Of a stretch of 14,032 bases of DNA, positions 5,895 to 12,518 are shown one piece after another. The position numbers were made by a program, and so were the translations under genes. The first letter of the stretch is position 1; every line of letters starts with the position of its first letter. Origin of the DNA: a bacterium (lineage in GTDB: Bacteria; Patescibacteriota; CG2-30-54-11). The notes under the pieces were generated by a model, which ran no database searches, was not told the origin of the DNA, and saw only the letters and a list, made by a program, of their open reading frames with translations. The stretch lies in NCBI GenBank assembly GCA_029573015.1, contig JAKQHK010000067.1, positions 1-14,032 on the forward strand. Direction: 5' to 3'.

Positions 5895-7562
5895 ATGATT
5901 GAGGCATCTGGCGCAGAAGAGAGGGACGAAACATCTGTACCCTTTGTCAGGCTACAGGGTCATGGTGTAGCAGCCGACAGGCGGATCCTGCCGCTGTTTC
6001 TGCGCGTGTTGTTGTTTGTGCTGATTTTAACCGGTTCACTCGGCGGGGCGGTTTGGCTAATACGGCATGGTATGCCGGCAGTATATGCCCGTTCTGATCT
6101 CACCTATGTGTATTATGTACCATTGTTTACGTTCTTAATGCCCTATTATGCTTATTTCGGCATCATCCTCGGACTGGTTGTGCTCGGGATAGCAGGTACG
6201 TATATCTGGGAAAGTCCGAGGCAGCGGCTGTTTCCGACCTTGCTCGGCAAGGTTGTCCTGAGCTTCATCAGTTGCCTCCTGCTGTGTGCAGCCGGTATCC
6301 GGTATGCCTGGGACCTGTCGCTTGTCTGGTACAAGCAGGAGGCACAACAGGCTGCCGAGCATATTACTGCCCAGGAAGCAGAGCTGTTTATTACTGATGC
6401 TGCAGCTATTGCTGCGGCGCTATCTGCTTCTGACCATATTCTGATTGCTTCTGGCACGCCCGAGGAATTATCTCGCCAGATCATCAGTAATGAGATTGGG
6501 AAAAACGATGAGCTGGGGACGTATTATACCCAGACATTAAGCAGCCTTGTGAATGAATTCAGTTTTCCGACGCTGTCGATTGCAGAAACAAGCCTGTTTT
6601 ACTATGACAGCGTTTTATATTTCGGCTCAGTCGAGGAAGCAGCCATGGAGCAGATCAGTGAAGAATTAGGAAGGAGGCTCGTTCAGCAATACTTCAGTGA
6701 GCATGTCATTAAGGCTGATCCTGATTTCGATATCATCGCCCAGGATGAGTATGTTGTTAAGCGCCAGCAGCAGATAGCTGAAGATCTAGCGGAGTATGAT
6801 ACCGCCATCGGGGAGGCACGGCAAACCATTATAGAAATTGAAAATGAAATTCCGATTCTGCAGCAAACCATGGGAGAAATACGCCAGGCAATCGCAGAGG
6901 ATGAGCAGTATCTGGCAGAGTACGGGTATGACATGTGGGGACGCTGGCTCGAGGAGGACCGTGCCATGCTTGGCCGCTACGAAAACCTGCTCGCCGAATA
7001 CCAGCAGGGGCTGGCAGACTGGCAACAGTACCTCGCTGACCTTGAGAATAACAGGGAGATTTTAACAGAATCCAGTCAGTGGGTGGACGTTGAATTGGGG
7101 CTGTTTACCCCGGATAACCAAATAGAAATTGTGCTGGATACAGATGATCCTCTCCCGCCTGAAGCATATCTTTCTACGCTGGTCCACGAGTATCTGCACT
7201 TTACCAGCTATGTACCGGAGGAAGATCTGGAGAATTTTTTTGAAGAAGGTCTTACAGAATACTATGCGCGTGAAATTTTGCGGAAGTCCCTGCATACCAC
7301 GGTTGAGCTCGGGTATTCGTCGGCTGTTGATATCATACAGTACATGGAACAGGATATCCCTTTTTCCGAATTTACGGAGATTTATTTTTCCAAAGATGAA
7401 GAACTACTTGCACAAACAGTCGACCAGACATACGGGACAGGATTTTATGCTACTACCCTTCCGGTATTCAAGTTGGTGCTCTACGGTGATGACGAAGCAG
7501 CGGAATCAGCTAAAGATGATCTGATCGCACGCATGGAGGGAGCACGCGAACGAACAGAGTAA
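5895..7562 (+). CDS. Membrane-anchored Peptidase_MA_2-like zinc metallopeptidase fused to a multi-TM N-terminal region and a long coiled-coil domain
   Basis: The HExxH motif is 'HEYLH' at 7185-7199, and 'EEGLTEY' (7242-7262) lies 18 residues downstream. HExxH plus 18 plus EGxxEY is the gluzincin/Peptidase_MA pattern. There are about 3-4 TM helices near the N-terminus and a heptad-rich central region with internal 'LAEY...W' repeats. I prefer the start at ATG 5895, which is preceded by AGGAG (5884-5888); the ORF track extends to 5802. Confidence 0.75.
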   Translation: MIEASGAEERDETSVPFVRLQGHGVAADRRILPLFLRVLLFVLILTGSLGGAVWLIRHGMPAVYARSDLTYVYYVPLFTFLMPYYAYFGIILGLVVLGIAGTYIWESPRQRLFPTLLGKVVLSFISCLLLCAAGIRYAWDLSLVWYKQEAQQAAEHITAQEAELFITDAAAIAAALSASDHILIASGTPEELSRQIISNEIGKNDELGTYYTQTLSSLVNEFSFPTLSIAETSLFYYDSVLYFGSVEEAAMEQISEELGRRLVQQYFSEHVIKADPDFDIIAQDEYVVKRQQQIAEDLAEYDTAIGEARQTIIEIENEIPILQQTMGEIRQAIAEDEQYLAEYGYDMWGRWLEEDRAMLGRYENLLAEYQQGLADWQQYLADLENNREILTESSQWVDVELGLFTPDNQIEIVLDTDDPLPPEAYLSTLVHEYLHFTSYVPEEDLENFFEEGLTEYYAREILRKSLHTTVELGYSSAVDIIQYMEQDIPFSEFTEIYFSKDEELLAQTVDQTYGTGFYATTLPVFKLVLYGDDEAAESAKDDLIARMEGARERTE

Positions 7563-7671
7563 GCATGTCATCCTTCGACCCTCACCAGGGCAGGATCGCT
7601 CAGGATGACTATGCTGGCATACTTTCAGCAATGCTCAGGTTATAACGTATAATGCAGAGTGACTCGGTGGA

Positions 7672-8835
7672 TTAGTTGAACGGCCAGGCGGTGACATCGC
7701 CAGTGGTGATGGGCAGCACCCCGTCCCATTTTTCAATTGCTTTGGCAGCATTTTCCAGGCGTTTGAGCTCGATAGCTTTGTCGCTGATCTGCTGTTCGCT
7801 GACCAGCTTGTTGTACTCCGCTATAGCCTGGGCTTCCAGGATGGTGACCTGCTTGGCGGTTTCCGCTTCAAGTAGTTCGCGGTCTGAGGCGGCTTTGGCC
7901 TGCTCGAGCAGGGCATCCTCCATGTCGCGACTGGAGATGGCTAATTCGGTTTCCGCGATCTGCTGGCGGAAAGCGGGTGAGATAAGAATATTTTCAATAT
8001 CCACGTCATGGACAGTGATGTAGTAGTCCTCAAGCACGTCGGCGATTTCCTTAGCTGCGGCTTTTTTGATCTCCGGCTGCTTGAGCAGGACTTCACCGAT
8101 GGGGTATTTTACAATAATATTCTTGATGACTTCGTTGGTATTCGGATTGATAATGTCCTCGGTCAGTTCGGCGATGCTCCTCACCCCGTATTCACGGTAC
8201 ATGTCATACAGTTTGGCTTCATTGAGCTGGAATTCCACATTCACCCAGAGGGTGACATCCTGGAACTCTTTGGAATCAGCAGTGATGCGTTCGACTTCCG
8301 CGGACTGGCGGGTGACATCCGCCAGGTAGATTTCCTGGGTCAGGGGCAGGTAAAAGTGGGTGCCTTCATCGAGGACTTCTTTGGTCAGGCCGCCGCCAAA
8401 GCGATCGAAGACCACGCCGCGATGGCCGGGAGGAATAGTTACCCAGAGTTTTTCGGTTGACAGATATCTGGCAATACCGCCGATCACCACGAGGATGATC
8501 AGCGTTACGATGATGCGTACTTTGTGCTTCCAGATCGCATGGAGAATCTGGCCGATCTTCTGGAAAAAGGCATTGATAAAAATGCCCAGTGCCTGTCCGA
8601 GTCCGGATACTGCCTGCCCAAGCTTGGCGGTCGAGGTGGCGAGAGTTGTTTTAGTTTCTTTTTTCTGTTCTGGTGCAGGAGCGGGTTGAGAGGGGGGAAG
8701 CGGACTAGCCTGCGGCAGGGTCATGGTTTTTTCCTTCCTGGTTAATGGAGCTAAACGCAGAAATACCTCCCGGATAATGAGTACGAGGAGGGTTATCAGC
8801 AGAATGATATAGAGATATAACAAAATCTTGTCCAT
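7672..8835 (-). CDS. SPFH/band-7 (prohibitin/HflK/HflC-like) membrane protein
   Basis: The protein has a TM helix followed by 'WVTIPPGHRGVVFDRFGGGL...EGTHFYLPLTQEIYLADVT', the typical start of an SPFH domain. It also has a C-terminal coiled coil rich in A/E/K. An alternative start is Met38 (ATG 8724-8722), which is preceded by GGAAGGA-n7 and would give a Pro-rich N-terminal tail plus a single TM, as in HflK. Confidence 0.85.
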   Translation of the reverse strand: MDKILLYLYIILLITLLVLIIREVFLRLAPLTRKEKTMTLPQASPLPPSQPAPAPEQKKETKTTLATSTAKLGQAVSGLGQALGIFINAFFQKIGQILHAIWKHKVRIIVTLIILVVIGGIARYLSTEKLWVTIPPGHRGVVFDRFGGGLTKEVLDEGTHFYLPLTQEIYLADVTRQSAEVERITADSKEFQDVTLWVNVEFQLNEAKLYDMYREYGVRSIAELTEDIINPNTNEVIKNIIVKYPIGEVLLKQPEIKKAAAKEIADVLEDYYITVHDVDIENILISPAFRQQIAETELAISSRDMEDALLEQAKAASDRELLEAETAKQVTILEAQAIAEYNKLVSEQQISDKAIELKRLENAAKAIEKWDGVLPITTGDVTAWPFN

Positions 8836-9106
8836 CCAGCCTGCCGAATGTTAAAGGTATATCAGTATAGCAGGCGATGGTCAGTCAAAACAAGTATCCT
8901 TTGGGATATCTTGCTTTTGGCTGTGGTTGGGATATTTTACCTCATACGATCGGTAACCGGTTTGGCATACTCCTGCGCTAGGGCATGTTTTGGATATGGT
9001 TGGTCTGCTCGCCTCCAGCAGGCGGGCATGCGAAAGGGTGCGGTTTGCCATGCGGTGGTAGACGAGACTGAGGGTGCAGTTGGAGGGGAACATCTTTTTT
9101 TGAGTC

Positions 9107-9134
9107 TAGAATTTAGAATATAGAATTCAGAATG
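9107..9134. repeat. Four tandem heptamers: TAGAATT TAGAATA TAGAATT CAGAATG
   Basis: A direct read of 9107-9134 gives a 7-bp period with a conserved AGAAT core. The repeat sits immediately after a T7 run at 9095-9101. Confidence 0.6.
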
Positions 9135-9176
9135 GTTACGGCGTACATCTAATAAGTAATACGAATGAGAGGTGCG

Positions 9177-9200
9177 TTTGTTACAACGTGTAGTAACAAA
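9177..9200. repeat. Perfect palindrome TTTGTTAC-N8-GTAACAAA
   Basis: The 8-bp arms are 9177-9184 and 9193-9200, with loop 'aacgtgta'. It abuts the terminator hairpin of the TfoX_C gene. Confidence 0.6.
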
Positions 9201-9224
9201 AAAGCAGCGCGAAAGTAACGCTGC
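9194..9224 (-). terminator. Probable Rho-independent terminator for the minus-strand gene 9254-9532
   Basis: The minus strand reads GCAGCG-ttactttcg-CGCTGC (stem 9204-9209 / 9219-9224) followed by TTTTTTGTT. It lies 30 nt downstream of the gene's stop. Confidence 0.5.
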
Positions 9225-9253
9225 AATAAAAGTGTATACGTGCTATTCCTGTT

Positions 9254-9532
9254 TTAGCACTTATTTTTCCAGGTGTGGTCAGGATAGAGTCTGTCGAATT
9301 CCTTGGCTGCCTGGGCGTGAATCGTGTTCCACTTCACGCCATGGTGAGCGCCGACGATGCTCGCTAGGGCGCAGCGGCAGAGGGAGGGATCAACTTTTTC
9401 TGTAAGCTCATGAAAGATTTCGTAGGGGTCGCGCGCCAGAAACTGTTCGCGATCGGTGATACCGATCTTGTTAAGGGTTGCGGCGATTTTCGGACCAATA
9501 TTGGGGAGTGATTCAAGTGATGATTTGGGCAT
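9254..9532 (-). CDS. Stand-alone TfoX/Sxy C-terminal (helix-hairpin-helix) domain protein
   Basis: 'LESLPNIGPKIAATLNKIGITDREQFLARDPYEIF' and 'CALASIVGAHHGVKWNTI' match the TfoX_C signature (LPNIGpks...G, then lyaLeGAl.g..W). The protein is 92 aa. Confidence 0.6.
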   Translation of the reverse strand: MPKSSLESLPNIGPKIAATLNKIGITDREQFLARDPYEIFHELTEKVDPSLCRCALASIVGAHHGVKWNTIHAQAAKEFDRLYPDHTWKNKC

Positions 9533-9586
9533 GATACTTTTTTCCGATAATGATATAGACTGACAGCCTGCGGTTTGTCTGCCCGT

Positions 9587-10126
9587 CTAGCCGATCCAGT
9601 CCGTGCTGACAAGTTTGCCTTGCGGTCCGAAGGTCAGGGTGTGGAGCAGGCCTCCGAGCGTCAGTACAAACTGCTGTCCAAGGGCGGTGATCTGGTAGGA
9701 GCGCGATTTTTGTTCCACCAGCCCTGCATGTTCAAGCTCCCGTAGATGGTAATACAGTGCTCCGCCTTCCATCCCGGTTGCTCCAGCCAGGCTGGTGGCG
9801 GTGGCGGTTCGGGTGTGCATGAGGGCTTTGAGCATTTCCAGCCGCTGGCGGTGGGCGGCTGAGGAGAGGAGTAGTTCCCAGAGGTCGGGATTGATGCCGC
9901 TTACAAAGGTGTCTCCCGGTTTGTCAGCGCGCGATACAAGCAGGGAGGACCAGGCTTGTGGTTCGCTTTCCGTGGTTTGCCGGTAGGCGCCGGCGCTGTA
10001 GACGATGGTATCGCCGGGTTCAGTCAGGGCGCGATTCCACTCCCGAATGAGGGGCGGTGGTTTTTGTTTACCCTTACCGGAGATTTTTTCGGTGAGGGGG
10101 CCGAAAATCGGTTTACTGGCTGACAT
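9587..10126 (-). CDS. Transcriptional regulator with a C-terminal ArsR/SmtB-like winged HTH and an unrecognised N-terminal domain
   Basis: 'LEMLKALMHTRTATATSLAGATGMEGGALYYHLRELEHAGLVE' fits the ArsR-type wHTH. I place the start at ATG 10126-10124 because AGGAGG lies 5 nt upstream; this gives MSASKP... The ORF track's longer start (10141) lacks an SD. Confidence 0.7.
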   Translation of the reverse strand: MSASKPIFGPLTEKISGKGKQKPPPLIREWNRALTEPGDTIVYSAGAYRQTTESEPQAWSSLLVSRADKPGDTFVSGINPDLWELLLSSAAHRQRLEMLKALMHTRTATATSLAGATGMEGGALYYHLRELEHAGLVEQKSRSYQITALGQQFVLTLGGLLHTLTFGPQGKLVSTDWIG

Positions 10127-10160
10127 GGTATCCTCCTGCATTAATTATGCTTACACTACA

Positions 10161-10188
10161 ATTATACAATAATTTGTAGATTTGTAAA
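10161..10188 (-). promoter_or_regulatory. Sigma70-like promoter for the ArsR-like regulator: TTTACA-16-TATAAT on the minus strand
   Basis: The minus strand reads TTTACA (complement of 10183-10188), a 16-nt spacer, then TATAAT (complement of 10161-10166). This is about 35 nt upstream of the AGGAGG-ATG. Confidence 0.5.
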
Positions 10189-10221
10189 TATATAATAACT
10201 GTACGATGGCTAAAACGGGTT

Positions 10222-10249
10222 TTTACATTTCAGATCTTTGGGATACAAT
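10222..10249 (+). promoter_or_regulatory. Sigma70-like promoter for nadA: TTTACA-16-TACAAT
   Basis: TTTACA is at 10222-10227, the spacer is 16 nt, and TACAAT is at 10244-10249. An AAAGG SD lies 6 nt before ATG 10279. Confidence 0.5.
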
Positions 10250-10278
10250 AGAGCACGCATCTTAAACAAAGGCATGTC

Positions 10279-11184
10279 ATGTCGGAGATCGTGGAACAGA
10301 TCCAAAAGCTTAAAAAGCAACGCAATGCCGTCATCCTCGGCCATAATTACCAGCTTCCGGAAGTGCAGGATATAGCTGATTTTGTCGGTGATTCCTTGGG
10401 ACTCAGTTTGAAAGCGCATGAAACGTCGGCAAGCGTGATCGTCTTTTGCGGCGTACGCTTCATGGCGGAAACAGCTGCGATCATCAGCCCGGATAAAACA
10501 GTACTTCTACCGGACGCGCAGGCAGGCTGTCCACTGGCTGAGATGATCAGTGTGGCTGAACTCCGTGAGCTCAAGGCGGCGCATCCGGGGGTGCCGGTGG
10601 TTTGCTATATCAATACCAATGCTGACGTCAAAGCAGAGTGCGACCTGTGCTGCACCTCGGCAAACGCCCTGGAAATTGTGGAATCGCTCGAGAGCGAGGA
10701 GGTAATCTTCGTGCCTGACAAATATCTGGGCAGTTATGTGCAGGAGAAGACCAAAAAACACTTGATTCTCGGTAAAGGCTTCTGCCCGACGCATCAGGTT
10801 TTTACGGTCGAAGAGATTGCTGCCCTAAAGGCTGAGTATCCGGGAGCGTTGTTTATGATACATCCGGAGACCAATCCAGATCTACGCGCTGTAGCTGATT
10901 ATGTTGGCGGGACTGGAGGCATGCGGGTGTTTGCCCGCAACAATCCAGGACCTTTTATCGTAGGGACTGAAGTCGGCATGCTCCATCGGCTGGAGCAGGA
11001 AAATCCGGGCAAGCTGTTTGTCCCGGCTTCCGAGCGCGCCGTCTGTCCGAACATGAAAAAAATCACCCTTGAAAAGGTGCTCTGGGCACTTGAGGACATG
11101 CAGCCGGTGATCACCGTCGAGGAGCCAACTGCTTCGCTGGCGCGGCGGTCGATTGAACGGATGCTGGCGATTAATACTCAATAG
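10279..11184 (+). CDS. nadA: Quinolinate synthase NadA
   Basis: The 301-aa protein begins with 'AVILGHNYQ'. It has 'CPLAEMI', 'ADVKAECDLCCTS', 'GKGFCPTHQ' and 'AVCPNMKKITLEKV', which are the conserved Cys ligands of the NadA [4Fe-4S] cluster and the family blocks. Confidence 0.9.
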   Translation: MSEIVEQIQKLKKQRNAVILGHNYQLPEVQDIADFVGDSLGLSLKAHETSASVIVFCGVRFMAETAAIISPDKTVLLPDAQAGCPLAEMISVAELRELKAAHPGVPVVCYINTNADVKAECDLCCTSANALEIVESLESEEVIFVPDKYLGSYVQEKTKKHLILGKGFCPTHQVFTVEEIAALKAEYPGALFMIHPETNPDLRAVADYVGGTGGMRVFARNNPGPFIVGTEVGMLHRLEQENPGKLFVPASERAVCPNMKKITLEKVLWALEDMQPVITVEEPTASLARRSIERMLAINTQ

Positions 11185-11281
11185 CTTAGAGCTATGAGCA
11201 TTGAGCTCGGATGGTGTTTAGTAAAAAATACTACTCCCTCTTAGGCGGCTATCCAACAATATTTTATAAATCGAATGTATT

Positions 11282-11620
11282 ATGAGTCTACCTTTAGTTG
11301 CCGTTATCGTTACGCAGTTACTCTATACATCATGCGATTTGCTCGCGAGAGCAAACATGCCAAAACAAGGTTTTACCCTGGCATCATTTCTGAGCGGGTG
11401 GTTTCTCCTGTATTTTGCGATCAGGACTGTCGCCATGTTTGGCCAGTTGTATGTATTTACGACGATCGAACTCGGGAAAACCATGGCGCTTTTCGGGGCT
11501 GTATCCATCGTGCTTTCAAATCTGGTCGGCTTCCTGGTTCTGAAAGAAGTCCTGAGTCCGGGAGCCTATATCGGAGTTACGTTTGCAGTGATTGGCTTTA
11601 TCGTATTAGCGTTGGCATGA
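11282..11620 (+). CDS. Small 4-TM membrane protein (SMR/DMT-like size and topology)
   Basis: The 112-aa protein has four hydrophobic helices and a charged residue (D19) in TM1. The overlapping alternative frame, 11275-11658, translates to low-complexity R/C/Y-rich sequence and is less protein-like. Confidence 0.5.
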   Translation: MSLPLVAVIVTQLLYTSCDLLARANMPKQGFTLASFLSGWFLLYFAIRTVAMFGQLYVFTTIELGKTMALFGAVSIVLSNLVGFLVLKEVLSPGAYIGVTFAVIGFIVLALA

Positions 11621-11660
11621 TACTCCTGATTGTATTTCACTACTTACTATCAGAATAGCT

Positions 11661-12281
11661 ATGAGTATACTCCTCGAAGCGCAGAAGGCACTGGAAGCGA
11701 ATAATTTTACCTGTATTGTTTTTGCTAACCGTGAGGAAGCGAAGACATGGATTTTACAGCAGATACCACCCGGAAGCACGATCGGGACCGGTGGATCCAT
11801 GACCATAGAAAAAGACCTCAACCTTCATTCGGATCTAGACCAAATCGGCACATTCCTCTCCCCTTACCGGGCTGGTCTTTCTGCCGAGGCAGCGCAGGAG
11901 ATCCGCAAGCAGTCATTCTGGGTTGATTATTATCTCACGAGCAGCAATGCGATCACACTTGAGGGTGAACTCGTTAATACCGACGGATCGGGTAACCGCA
12001 TCGCAAGCATAGCCTTGCAGTTCGGGCCGGCGCGCGTGTTCGTGGTCGTTGGTCGCAATAAAATCGTCGCAGACCGGGCTGCGGCCTTCGAACGCATACG
12101 CACCATTGCCGCTCCGCTTAATGTCAAACGACTGCGCCGCCAAACCGGATGCGATCAGACCGGCTTCTGCATAGACTGCAAATCTCCGGACCGGATTTGT
12201 GCCAACACCTTGATCACCTGCTGGCAGAAAGACCGGAACCGGATAACGGTTGTTCTGATCGACGAAGATTTGGGCTTCTAA
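11661..12281 (+). CDS. LUD-domain (DUF162, LutC/YkgG-like) protein
   Basis: 'TIGTGGSMTIEK', 'SSNAITLEGELVNTDGSGNR', 'VFVVVGRNKIV' and the C-terminal 'VVLIDEDLGF' match my recollection of the LUD domain core. Confidence 0.6.
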   Translation: MSILLEAQKALEANNFTCIVFANREEAKTWILQQIPPGSTIGTGGSMTIEKDLNLHSDLDQIGTFLSPYRAGLSAEAAQEIRKQSFWVDYYLTSSNAITLEGELVNTDGSGNRIASIALQFGPARVFVVVGRNKIVADRAAAFERIRTIAAPLNVKRLRRQTGCDQTGFCIDCKSPDRICANTLITCWQKDRNRITVVLIDEDLGF

Positions 12282-12518
12282 CTGCGTTAGCCAGGAGTCC
12301 TGAGTCATAAGTCGCTTGTCCGCTGAACCCTGAGGGCAACCGAAGGGGAAGGCGAATGAGCCGTGTAACTTTAGACAAGTGCTCGGGGTAGGTGTATGGT
12401 GCAAGCAATAACAATTCGTAACAATGATTAACCAGCTATAACGATAGGCTCACTTGATTCGTATGACACCATTTCGGATTACTAATTATACTGTTTAACA
12501 ATAAGTGAGTCATAGAGT

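Noticed and set aside
6135-8460. Antisense ORFs within the peptidase gene (6135-6362, 6152-6484, 6683-6967, 6786-7025, 7062-7295) and within the SPFH gene (7676-8023, 8008-8460, 8066-8329, 8360-8689, 8524-8745)
   Set aside because: They are shadow ORFs opposite long, motif-supported CDSs. Their translations are Ser/Cys/Arg-rich and lack start signals.
8848-9123. 91-aa plus-strand ORF in the large intergenic gap, with one hydrophobic stretch
   Set aside because: It has no SD and the second half is compositionally random. It spans the GC-rich repeat region, the T-run and the heptamer repeats, which look like nucleic-acid-level signals rather than coding sequence. A small membrane protein cannot be ruled out without expression data.
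9107-9134. CRISPR array
   Set aside because: There are only four 7-bp units with no spacers, far too short for a CRISPR repeat-spacer structure. No cas genes are in the window.
9172-9612. ORFs 9172-9405 (+) and 9364-9612 (-)
   Set aside because: The first runs through the terminator hairpin and antisense into the TfoX_C gene. The second is an alternative frame over the TfoX_C gene and the regulator's 3' end. Both translations are Arg/Ser/Cys-rich junk.
10210-11181. Minus-strand ORFs overlapping nadA and its promoter (10210-10419, 10347-10574, 10507-10794, 10882-11181, 10899-11114)
   Set aside because: They are antisense to a confidently identified nadA and show no domain signatures.
11185-11281. 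Weak GAGCT-N10-AGCTC hairpin after nadA as a terminator
   Set aside because: The stem is only 5 bp and there is no adjacent U-tract, so it is not convincing as an intrinsic terminator.
11275-11658. Alternative-frame 127-aa ORF overlapping the small 4-TM protein gene
   Set aside because: The translation is rich in C/R/Y and lacks hydrophobic-core periodicity. The 11282-11620 frame gives a clean 4-helix membrane protein.
12288-12400. Glycine riboswitch / TPP riboswitch / SRP RNA assignment for the GC-rich leader
   Set aside because: Only short blocks resemble the consensus (ACCGAAGGGG, CTGAG). The spacing, the tandem-aptamer architecture and the downstream gene function do not fit. I keep it as an unclassified candidate RNA rather than a named riboswitch.
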